Positions 38,454 to 46,724 of a DNA stretch of 64,000 bases are shown here, in pieces. The notes under the pieces are model-generated. The model saw nothing but the letters and a program-made list of their open reading frames with translations. It was not told where the DNA came from and ran no database searches. The translations under genes were made by a program, and so were the position numbers. Position 1 is the stretch's first letter; each line of letters starts with the position of its first letter. The DNA comes from an uncultured Fibrobacteria bacterium. GTDB lineage: Bacteria; Fibrobacterota; Fibrobacteria; UBA11236. The DNA lies in NCBI GenBank assembly GCA_963716395.1, contig OY970309.1:1696001-1760000 (forward strand). The letters run 5' to 3'.

Positions 38454-40228
38454 GGTACCGCCACGCGTTGAGTGATGGAAGTCTTTTGATTGCCGAGCCG
38501 AAGGAGGTAAATGCCGTGGCCGTAGGTTTTGGAGGATTGCCATTGCCCGTTATCGTTATTGAGATTTCGGGCGGTTTCCAGCACGCGGCCATTGAGGCTG
38601 ATCACCTGGGCCTTCTCCACACCCGTGTACCAGGTGGCCTGCAGGCGGCCTCCGGGAGCGGCGGAGGCCCGTACGTTCCAACGATTGGCGTTGCCTTGCA
38701 GGCGTTGGTTCTCGATCACGCCGACGGGTGTGCCGGGACCGAAATTGTTCAGGGTGTACCAGAAACGATCGCTCCACATCGTTCGGCCCGAAACCGAGGC
38801 AATCCCAGAGAATTTGATATAAACCAAGTCGCCTTGCGTGAGTCCGTTGATGGTCAAGGTGGCCGTCATGCCGTCGGAACTCAAGGTGGCGGATTGAACG
38901 GTCAGGTTTTTCGTGGCTCCCGTGCAACAGCCGTAAGACTCAGAACTAGGGCTCGGGATGATGTAGTTCCATTCTTGCGCGGTGAAATTGGAGGCGCTCA
39001 CGGCTTTCGCTGGTTCGGTGAAATCAAGGGCGAAGGTGGTGGTGCCCGTGGAACGAACGTCGAGTACATCGAAGACGGGCGTGTTGTTTTCCACCATGCG
39101 CTGTAAGCCATAATACTGGCTATTCCAACTCCAGCCGTACCAGACACTGTTGTCGACTCCGATGCCGCCCAGGTAAATGGCACCGTCGGGGCCGACGACC
39201 ATGCGATTGACACCTGCCTGCAAGCCGCCGGAAAAGCGGAAGACCGCACCCTGGTATTCCCCGTTCACCTTTTCCAGGGCAATACGGGCCAGGCATCCCA
39301 GATTGTTGTCTCCCACCAGCATTTGGTGGGCGAAGAGTCCGCTGGTCAAATACACCGGTTGGGTGTTGGAGATTCCCAGATTGTCGATTGAACTCCCGTA
39401 CGGTATCCACACCACGGGCGGGGTGGCGGGCGTGTTTTGAAAAGGACTGGCCTGGTTTTTAATCACGCTGAAAAAACGCCCCTGCTTGACCTGCACGAGC
39501 TTGTCGGCGGGAACATAATCGCCCTGGTTGTCGGTGACGAAAATGCCGTCTTCGGGGCCGATAACCATGCCATTCGGAGAGCGTATGCCGCAGGATAGGG
39601 TATCGAAGCCGGCTTTCCCCAGGGTCAATCCGATGACGCATCCCCGTTCCGGCGACTGGACGTCCCCTAATGGCCAATCTGTGGCCAAGCCCACGACGAA
39701 GCGATTGTCGGGCGCAGGGGTGTACACCAAGCCCTCGGAAAATTCCAAATCTTTGCCGCCATTGTTGGGTGCGGCGGCGTTGCGATGCCAACCGCCACCG
39801 ACTTTTTTCTTGGAAAGAAGCTTGGTGTCATTGGTGGAATCGAGCACCAATTGCACCAGCGAATCCATGTCAACCTCATAAACCTGGCCGTTCACCACCT
39901 TAAGGCCGAGCGGTTCGTTCAGGTTGCTGGCTAAAGTGCTGACGGTAATCTTCGTCGAATCTCCGCTTTCCACGTTTTTCAAGATGTAGGCGTTGCCGGG
40001 TCCACCCGGTGAGGTGTTGCCGAACCCATACCAAGTGGTCACCACCAGATCACCGTTGGGTAAAAAATCCAGACCGCTGACTTGAGGGTTGAATCCCGGA
40101 GGCCGCAAACTGGAAATGGTGAAGTGGGGGTAAACGGGGGGAACCACCGGCTGGGCGACTGAGATTATTGGCAATGCGAAAACGGCTAAGGTGTTAAGCC
40201 GAAAGGTTTTTCTCAAGTCAAAAGCCAT
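38450..40228 (-). CDS. Secreted beta-propeller protein (sugar/sorbosone-dehydrogenase-like) with Ig-like and C-terminal sorting domains
   Basis: GLDFLPNGDLVV, EPLGL, GIRSPNG, TDNQGDYVP, EKVNGEYQGAVFRF; C-terminal SLNGR...GIYLLRL. Confidence 0.7.
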   Translation of the reverse strand: MAFDLRKTFRLNTLAVFALPIISVAQPVVPPVYPHFTISSLRPPGFNPQVSGLDFLPNGDLVVTTWYGFGNTSPGGPGNAYILKNVESGDSTKITVSTLASNLNEPLGLKVVNGQVYEVDMDSLVQLVLDSTNDTKLLSKKKVGGGWHRNAAAPNNGGKDLEFSEGLVYTPAPDNRFVVGLATDWPLGDVQSPERGCVIGLTLGKAGFDTLSCGIRSPNGMVIGPEDGIFVTDNQGDYVPADKLVQVKQGRFFSVIKNQASPFQNTPATPPVVWIPYGSSIDNLGISNTQPVYLTSGLFAHQMLVGDNNLGCLARIALEKVNGEYQGAVFRFSGGLQAGVNRMVVGPDGAIYLGGIGVDNSVWYGWSWNSQYYGLQRMVENNTPVFDVLDVRSTGTTTFALDFTEPAKAVSASNFTAQEWNYIIPSPSSESYGCCTGATKNLTVQSATLSSDGMTATLTINGLTQGDLVYIKFSGIASVSGRTMWSDRFWYTLNNFGPGTPVGVIENQRLQGNANRWNVRASAAPGGRLQATWYTGVEKAQVISLNGRVLETARNLNNDNGQWQSSKTYGHGIYLLRLGNQKTSITQRVAVP

Positions 40229-40453
40229 TTTCCGTCTCCCCAAAACAGAATTGCAAAATATGTTGCCGTAAAATTGAGTTATTGAATCACTCGCGGTTTT
40301 TCCCTCATGCAAGGGGTGCGATAAAGATATGCGGGGGGATTGGTTCGCATCCTGGAAAACTAAAGGCGTAACGTGACTTAATTTGCTTCGGTGATGTTAT
40401 TTATTTGTTTAGACGATCCATTTATACTTTGAACAACATGCGTAATTAGAGCT

Positions 40454-41452
40454 TCAATGTAGTGCTGGACGAAGGGGTTTTACCCGTTTGCGAGCCAGGG
40501 GCACCAAGGTTCCGTTGCATTCACGGAGAACCATGGTGTCGTTCACGCGCACTTCGACCTGGCGGCGGGGTTGTCGCGCCTGACGCAGGATTTCCGCCAA
40601 TAATTGCGGAACGGGATTTTCCACCCCGAGCAGGGGAAGTGAAGATCGCAAGGCGTCGCCGCCGGCTTCGTCGTCGCGCAGCCACTCCATGGGAATGCCC
40701 CCGCGTTGCCGCACCGTGTCGGCCGGGTATTCTTGGTTCCGCCATTTTTCCCAAGCGGGCTGAAGCGCGGCGGCCTTGCGCGTCAGCCGAAAAATTTTTC
40801 CGTCGAGATCGGGTTCTTGTTCCCGCCAAGGCGGCAGCAGATGATGGCGCACCCAATTGCGGGGAATGTTCACATCAGCATTGCTTTCATCTTCGCGCCA
40901 CTCCGCGCCGATGCCGGTCAGCCAGTTTTTCAATGCGTCGCGTGAAATCGGCAAAAGCGGACGCAACACGCCGTCTTGCCGGCGAAAAACGATTCCACCC
41001 AAGCCTGCGAATCCGGTACCCCGCTGCATGCGCAGACAAAAGGTCTCGACCACGTCATCCCGGTGATGCGCCGTGAGGATGAAATCCGCGGCGAATTTTT
41101 TTTTCGCAACGGCGAAGGCGGCATAACGTTTTTCGCGCCCCCACATTTCCAGCGATTGCCTCCGCCGACGCGAACCCGGCTCCAGAACGGCGATGTGCAC
41201 GGGGATGTTCCGCGCGCCACAGAGTTTTTCCACGAAGGTTTGATCGGCCTCGGAAGCGGCGCGCAGCCGATGATTGATGTGAATAGCGAAAAGTTTGCAG
41301 CCAAAACGCGGCGTGACTTCGCGGGTGAAAAATTCCAGCATGGCCACGGAATCGCAGCCGCCGGAAACCGCCAGCAACAAAGATTTGCCGGCGGGGTCGA
41401 AATTTTCGCCGGCCCAAAACCTTTGTACGGCGTCGAACCAGGCAGGCGGCAT
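40454..41452 (-). CDS. tilS: tRNA(Ile)-lysidine synthetase (short C-terminus)
   Basis: AVSGGCDS, INHRLR, TAHHRDD, RPLL, DESN, RNWVRH. Confidence 0.92.
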   Translation of the reverse strand: MPPAWFDAVQRFWAGENFDPAGKSLLLAVSGGCDSVAMLEFFTREVTPRFGCKLFAIHINHRLRAASEADQTFVEKLCGARNIPVHIAVLEPGSRRRRQSLEMWGREKRYAAFAVAKKKFAADFILTAHHRDDVVETFCLRMQRGTGFAGLGGIVFRRQDGVLRPLLPISRDALKNWLTGIGAEWREDESNADVNIPRNWVRHHLLPPWREQEPDLDGKIFRLTRKAAALQPAWEKWRNQEYPADTVRQRGGIPMEWLRDDEAGGDALRSSLPLLGVENPVPQLLAEILRQARQPRRQVEVRVNDTMVLRECNGTLVPLARKRVKPLRPALH

Positions 41453-41470
41453 GGCGTGGAACCAACCCCG

Positions 41471-41866
41471 TCAACCCGGCGGGGCGATGGGACTTCCCTG
41501 CCGGACCCAGGCGTCGTTTTCGAATTTGCGGAAGAAACAACTGCGATACCCTTCATGACAGGCCGCGCCGTTTTGCTCGACGCGGAACACCAAGGCGTCG
41601 CCGTCGCAGTCGAGTCGCGCCTCGACCAAGCGCTGCGTATGCCCCGAGGTTTCGCCTTTGACCCAGAGCGTTTGGCGTGAACGCGACCAGTAGGTCATGC
41701 GCCCGGTTTCCAAAGTGCGCCGCAGGGCTTCGGCATTCATATGCGCGAGCATGAGTACGGACCCGTCGCCGGCGTCGACGGCCACGGCCGTGACCAGCCC
41801 TTGCGCGTCAAACTTGAGGTCGCGCAGCCAATCCGGCCCGACGAGGGCATTCAGGTCCGATTTCAT
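41471..41866 (-). CDS. hisI: Phosphoribosyl-AMP cyclohydrolase
   Basis: [33 protein letters not shown]. Confidence 0.96.
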   Translation of the reverse strand: MKSDLNALVGPDWLRDLKFDAQGLVTAVAVDAGDGSVLMLAHMNAEALRRTLETGRMTYWSRSRQTLWVKGETSGHTQRLVEARLDCDGDALVFRVEQNGAACHEGYRSCFFRKFENDAWVRQGSPIAPPG

Positions 41867-42040
41867 AAGGGGATCATTCCGTGCCGAAGTGAGTTGCAGT
41901 GAGCCGATTCCCCAGCACCCGGAAAGAATTTCCGCACGGAATGAGGCGAGCATCGGATTGCAAATAGTGCGAAGAGCAGACCGGCATCCGAAGCGCAGCC
42001 GAATGAGTACGGAAAATCTTTCCGGGCGCGAACCACCCTT

Positions 42041-43300
42041 TCATTTGCGGACATGGCCCTTGCCTTCCACAATCCACTTGTAGGTGGTGAGGCTGTCGAT
42101 GCCCATGGGGCCGCGCGCATGCAGCTTGCCCGTGCTGATGCCCACTTCGGCGCCGAGCCCGTACTCGCCGCCGTCGGCGAAGCGGGTCGAGGCATTGACC
42201 ATCACCGAAGAACTGTCGACGCCGGCCACAAAAGCTTTTTGCACCGCGGCGGATTCGGCCACCACCGCGTCGGTGTGTTCGGAACCGTGGCGTGCGATGT
42301 GTGCCATGGCGCCCTGCACGCCGTCGACCACCTTGACCGAACATTTCAAATCGAGGTATTCGGTGTCATAGCTGCGGTCGGTGGCGGGCTTCACCTCCGC
42401 GCTCAAACGCCGCGCTTCTTCATCGCCGAACAATTCCACGCCCTGGGCCGCCAAGCCGTTGAGCAAGGCCGTCCCCACGCCGGGTTTCAGTTTGCGATCC
42501 AAGAGCAAGGTCTCCATGGCATTGCAGACGCCGGGCCGCTGCGCCTTGGCGTTCACCACGATGGCGGCCGCGGCTTTGGGATCGGCGCTGCGATCGACAT
42601 ACACGTGGCAAATGCCCTGATAATGTTTGACCACGGGCACGCGAGACTTTTCCGCCACGGCGCGAATCAGGGCTTCGCCGCCGCGCGGGATCACGAGGTC
42701 GAGATGGGCTTCGTCGCGCAGCAAGGGATCGAGCAGGGCGCGATCGGGCGTGTTCACGATTTGCGCCGCGGTTTCGGGCAGGCCGGCCGCGCGCAAAGCT
42801 TCGGAAATGCAGGCGCCGAAGGCCGCGTTGGTGCGATGCGCTTCCTTACCGCCGCGCAGAATCACGGCGTTGCCGCTTTTGAGGCATAGCGCCGCGCCGT
42901 CGATGGTGACATTGGGGCGCGACTCGTAGATGAACAGTACGGTGCCGATGGGCACCGACACACGGGAGATCTTCAGGCCGTCCGGGCGGCGGTGTTTCTC
43001 CAAGACCCGGCCCACCGGATCGGGTAATTTTGCGATTTCGATCACGCTTTTTGCGACACCTGCCAGACGCTTGGGATTCAAGAGCAGGCGGTCGAGCATA
43101 GCCGAAGACAGGCCTTGGCTCCGGCCTTCCTGCAAATCTTCGGCATTGGCCGCGAGAAGGGCTTTTTCTTCCCGCAGCAGGATTTTGGCCAGCGCCCGCA
43201 GCGCACGGTTACGCTGCGCCCCCGAAGCGGTGCGCAAAACCCGAGCCGCGGCCTTGGCGTTTTCGCCCAGGGTCCGCGCGTATTCCGATAACGAATCCAT
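42041..43300 (-). CDS. proA: Gamma-glutamyl phosphate reductase
   Basis: IYESRPNVT, PRGG, CNAMETLL, NASTRFADG, KLHARGPMG. Confidence 0.97.
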   Translation of the reverse strand: MDSLSEYARTLGENAKAAARVLRTASGAQRNRALRALAKILLREEKALLAANAEDLQEGRSQGLSSAMLDRLLLNPKRLAGVAKSVIEIAKLPDPVGRVLEKHRRPDGLKISRVSVPIGTVLFIYESRPNVTIDGAALCLKSGNAVILRGGKEAHRTNAAFGACISEALRAAGLPETAAQIVNTPDRALLDPLLRDEAHLDLVIPRGGEALIRAVAEKSRVPVVKHYQGICHVYVDRSADPKAAAAIVVNAKAQRPGVCNAMETLLLDRKLKPGVGTALLNGLAAQGVELFGDEEARRLSAEVKPATDRSYDTEYLDLKCSVKVVDGVQGAMAHIARHGSEHTDAVVAESAAVQKAFVAGVDSSSVMVNASTRFADGGEYGLGAEVGISTGKLHARGPMGIDSLTTYKWIVEGKGHVRK

Positions 43301-43330
43301 GGGATGAAAACTAGAACTTGGGGCTGAACG

Positions 43331-43660
43331 CTAGGGCGCGAACATCTCCTGGAGCACGGCGAGCACCCGTTCGCCGTCCTGTTTCCCGAGATCACCCAAC
43401 TTCTTCACCAAACGGGTTTTGTCCACAGCCCGGATTTGGTCCAAAACCACCTCGCCGTGCACGCCGCGGAAGGCACAGGAGGCACGGCTGGGATAACCCT
43501 TCCGCTTGGAAGTCATGGGCGCCACGAGGACGGTGCCGATATGCCGGTTCATTTCATCGGGAGAGATCACCAAAGCCGGACGGGTTTTGCGGATTTCATG
43601 CCCCATGGTTGGATCCAACGAAACCGAGAAGACGCCGAATCGGTTTACTTCCACTCCCAT
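43331..43660 (-). CDS. PemK/MazF family endoribonuclease toxin
   Basis: LDPTMGHEIRKTRPALVIS, APMTS, DQIRAVDKTRL; overlaps the antitoxin end. Confidence 0.93.
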   Translation of the reverse strand: MGVEVNRFGVFSVSLDPTMGHEIRKTRPALVISPDEMNRHIGTVLVAPMTSKRKGYPSRASCAFRGVHGEVVLDQIRAVDKTRLVKKLGDLGKQDGERVLAVLQEMFAP

Positions 43661-43896
43661 TCCTCGCGATCCCAGGCCGAGGCGGGAAAAGCCTCCGGGA
43701 GTTTGTCGTCGCCCGCGGCGGCCATTTTTTTGAACCCCTCTTCCCAACCTTGGCGGGTTTTGGGTACCGGGGAAATCACGATTTTGCCGTTGCGCAATTC
43801 CAAATCCACTTCCGCGCCGAGACGGCATTGTCGAATCAACGGCTGCGGCAGCCGGATTCCGCGGGAATTCCCAATGCGAATCAGCGAAGTACGCAT
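43645..43896 (-). CDS. AbrB/MazE family antitoxin
   Basis: IRIGNSRGIRLP...RQGWEEGF...EEWEW. Confidence 0.92.
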   Translation of the reverse strand: MRTSLIRIGNSRGIRLPQPLIRQCRLGAEVDLELRNGKIVISPVPKTRQGWEEGFKKMAAAGDDKLPEAFPASAWDREEWEWK

Positions 43897-43897
43897 A

Positions 43898-43931
43898 ATT
43901 ACATTGTAATCACTTGCCGGGCGACGCGCAA
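43898..43931 (-). promoter_or_regulatory. mazEF-type promoter with overlapping palindromic operator
   Basis: TTGCGC-17 bp-TACAAT-6 nt-ATG; inverted repeat ATTACA-n-TGTAAT (43898-43910) covers the -10. Confidence 0.7.
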
Positions 43932-43944
43932 GCGGCCTTCCGCC

Positions 43945-45072
43945 CTAATACACCACCAACTGATCGCGGTGAACCACCTCGCCCGGGCCTTTGCGGCCCA
44001 AGATGTCTGCGATGCGGTGGCTTTTCTGCCCCCGAATGCGCTGGACTTCGGCGGACGAATAGGCGGTGCGGCCGCGGCCGATCACCTCGCCGTCGCGATC
44101 GCACAACTCCACGAAATCGCCGGGCTCGAATTGGCCGCGCACTTTTTGAATGCCCGCCGGCAAGACGCTGCTGGGCCGGTTTTGCAAGGCGCGCACCGCG
44201 CCCGGATCGAGCACGATTTGGCCCTTGGCCTTGGAAACGAAGGCCAGCCAGCGCCGCTTGCGGTCGATGCGCGCGGCCCGCGGCAAAAACAACGTGCCCG
44301 GCCCGCGGCCTTGTACTAGGTCGAATAGGGGCGCGAGTCGGCCCGAAGCCAGCACGGCCGGCGTGCCGGCTTCGGTGACCTGGCGAATGGCATTCAGCTT
44401 GGTGCGCATGCCGCCCACGCTGACCTTGGAACCGGGTTTGTCTTCGCCGAGTTTTAGAATATCGGCCGTGACCCGCTCCACCACCTCGATGCGTCGCGCG
44501 TCGGCATGGGCCTTGGGATTCTTGTCATACAACCCGGCCTCGTCGCTGAGCAGTACCAGCAAATCGGCTTCGAGGAATTGCGCCACGTCGGCCGACAGCT
44601 TGTCGTTGTCGCCCACCTTGATCTCTTCGGTGGCCACGGTGTCGTTTTCATTCACGATGGGGATCACGCCTTTGGCCAGCAAGGTGCGCAAGGTTTGGCG
44701 AATGTTGTTGAAGCGTTGCTTGTGGCGGAAGTCGTCGGCCGACAGCAGGATTTGCGCCGCGGTTTTACCGCGCGCCTGGAATAAATCGGCGTAGCGCTGC
44801 ATCAGGCGGATTTGCCCGATGGCCGCGCAGGCTTGCTTGGCGGCCAGCTCGGCGGGCCGCTGCGTCAAGCCCAGCGCGCCCATGCCCACGCCCACGGCGC
44901 CCGACGTGACCAGTACGGTGGAATAGCCGTGATCGTGCAAGGCGCTGATTTCATCGGCGAGATGCGCCAGTTGCGCATCGTTCAAGGTATTGTCTTCGCG
45001 ACACAATACGCGCGTGCCCACCTTGACCACCAAGGTGCGCACATTCCGGAACAATGACTCGCGCGAGTGCAT
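43945..45072 (-). CDS. proB: Glutamate 5-kinase
   Basis: VVKVGT, VTSGAV, PIVNENDTV, GDNDKLS, GGMRTK; C-terminal PUA domain. Confidence 0.97.
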   Translation of the reverse strand: MHSRESLFRNVRTLVVKVGTRVLCREDNTLNDAQLAHLADEISALHDHGYSTVLVTSGAVGVGMGALGLTQRPAELAAKQACAAIGQIRLMQRYADLFQARGKTAAQILLSADDFRHKQRFNNIRQTLRTLLAKGVIPIVNENDTVATEEIKVGDNDKLSADVAQFLEADLLVLLSDEAGLYDKNPKAHADARRIEVVERVTADILKLGEDKPGSKVSVGGMRTKLNAIRQVTEAGTPAVLASGRLAPLFDLVQGRGPGTLFLPRAARIDRKRRWLAFVSKAKGQIVLDPGAVRALQNRPSSVLPAGIQKVRGQFEPGDFVELCDRDGEVIGRGRTAYSSAEVQRIRGQKSHRIADILGRKGPGEVVHRDQLVVY

Positions 45073-45155
45073 AACGGGATAAAAGTGCAAACCCTGCCTG
45101 TGAAAATGTGACCCCGATCCCATGTCCCGAGTCGCGGCCGCGCTAGTTTCCGGCC

Positions 45156-46667
45156 ATGCTGCGAATCCGCGCCTTGGCGCTTTTGCTGTTTTCTTTGGCG
45201 ACTGGCGCCCGCGCCGATACCTGGGCCTGCGCAGAAGCGTTGCCGGCGGATTCCGAGGCCGCCGCCCAAGCCATGGATGCGGGTTGGAATCCCGGCGACA
45301 CCTGCGCCGCCGAGATTTTCCTCGACCCGGATTGGAGCGATACGGCCGATTCCGCGCGGCGAAGTGACGCCGCCTATTCGCTGCGTCAGAGCCAGGGAGC
45401 CTATTCTACCCGCTGGCGCGATCGCACCGAGTCCGGGAATTGGGCGTCGCGCTTCGACGGCCGGGGCGATACTTTGGAACAGGCCCAGGTAGGTTGGCGT
45501 GGCGCGAAGTGGACGTTCGCGGCCGGCGATCGCGAAGATGCGGAATTGCGCCTGCGGCCGGCCTGGCTGCCTCGCCGCATCGAGCCGAACCATTGGATAT
45601 CCGCCGGCAACTCTTTTCCCTTGGCCGGATCCGCTTCCGCCCCGCAACGGTTTGCGGCCGGCTATACGGCCGGCGCCATGCGGATCTACGCCTTGGAAGC
45701 CTGGCAGACCTTGCATCCCCGCCGCGTGCCGTCTTGGGATCCGCCCTGGGAGTTGCGCCACCAGACCTTGGGCGCGGAAATTTCGACGTCCTGGCCGGCC
45801 GCCTTGGATTGGGCGCAAACCCAAATCGGTCGCAACGGAAGTGATTCGGTGTCGGAGCAGTTGGCGTCGTTGAGTTTGGCCTCGCCATCCCGTGTCGCCG
45901 AATTCGACTGGGCCTGGAACGGTACGCGTGAACATCCGGGCGGCGCTCAGGCCCTGGGGTTCCATCTGCGTTACCCTTTCGGGATGGGAGAAGGCGAACT
46001 GTTGTGGCGCCGCTTCGGCGCGCGCTGGAGTTCGGTATGGGATTCCACCTGGATGGACGATGCCGTTTCCGAAGATTCGGACACCGCTGCGGCGGATTGG
46101 GGCGCGGGTGGTTTGGCCTTGCGTCTGCGCCTGCCGCTGCCGGGACGGCCGCACGCGTCTTTCGTCGAAGGCGAAAGTTGGCAATCCTGGGGCGCCCAGG
46201 GCGCACCGCACGGATCGGGCATGCGCGGGCAATTTCGCTGGCGCCGCCGCGGTTGGTTTTTTTCCTGCCGCGGCCTGGTGCGCGAATACGTCTATGCCAC
46301 CGGCACCGTGTCGCGCTATCGGTCTTTATGGTGGAGCGTGGATTTCGGGACCCGTTGGCGTTGCCGTCTGCGCGCTTTTCAAATCTGGGAAACCCGGGCG
46401 TGGAAACAGGGCGAAGCGGTGGCCTTTTCCTGCCCTTGGGGCCGCCTGCAATTCCGTCCGGGGCTGCGCTTGCAAAGCGCCGCGGGGAGCGGCTTCGCAG
46501 GCCAATGGTCAACTGGGTTGGGCTGGCGGCTATCGCGCGCGTGGCAATTCGAATCCGAGATACGCCGGCCTTTGCCGACGCTGGCGGCTGCCGAACCGCC
46601 CGCTTGGAAAATGACTTTGCGTTATGCCCTCCGGGTTAGAAATCGCCCCGGGGACGGCTCGCGTTGA
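45156..46667 (+). CDS. Hypothetical Trp-rich exported protein, possibly an outer-membrane beta-barrel
   Basis: Signal peptide MLRIRALALLLFSLATGARA; many amphipathic beta-strand-like segments; fills the proB-valS gap. Confidence 0.55.
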   Translation: MLRIRALALLLFSLATGARADTWACAEALPADSEAAAQAMDAGWNPGDTCAAEIFLDPDWSDTADSARRSDAAYSLRQSQGAYSTRWRDRTESGNWASRFDGRGDTLEQAQVGWRGAKWTFAAGDREDAELRLRPAWLPRRIEPNHWISAGNSFPLAGSASAPQRFAAGYTAGAMRIYALEAWQTLHPRRVPSWDPPWELRHQTLGAEISTSWPAALDWAQTQIGRNGSDSVSEQLASLSLASPSRVAEFDWAWNGTREHPGGAQALGFHLRYPFGMGEGELLWRRFGARWSSVWDSTWMDDAVSEDSDTAAADWGAGGLALRLRLPLPGRPHASFVEGESWQSWGAQGAPHGSGMRGQFRWRRRGWFFSCRGLVREYVYATGTVSRYRSLWWSVDFGTRWRCRLRAFQIWETRAWKQGEAVAFSCPWGRLQFRPGLRLQSAAGSGFAGQWSTGLGWRLSRAWQFESEIRRPLPTLAAAEPPAWKMTLRYALRVRNRPGDGSR

Positions 46668-46724
46668 TTTTCTAAGGCCGGAAAACGCGGGTGACCGAAG
46701 ATTTTTCCGCGGGCGTTTGGGGTA

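Noticed and set aside
41096-41104. A9 run in tilS as a phase-variation or frameshift site
   Set aside because: It encodes KKK in frame in an essential gene, and downstream motifs are intact
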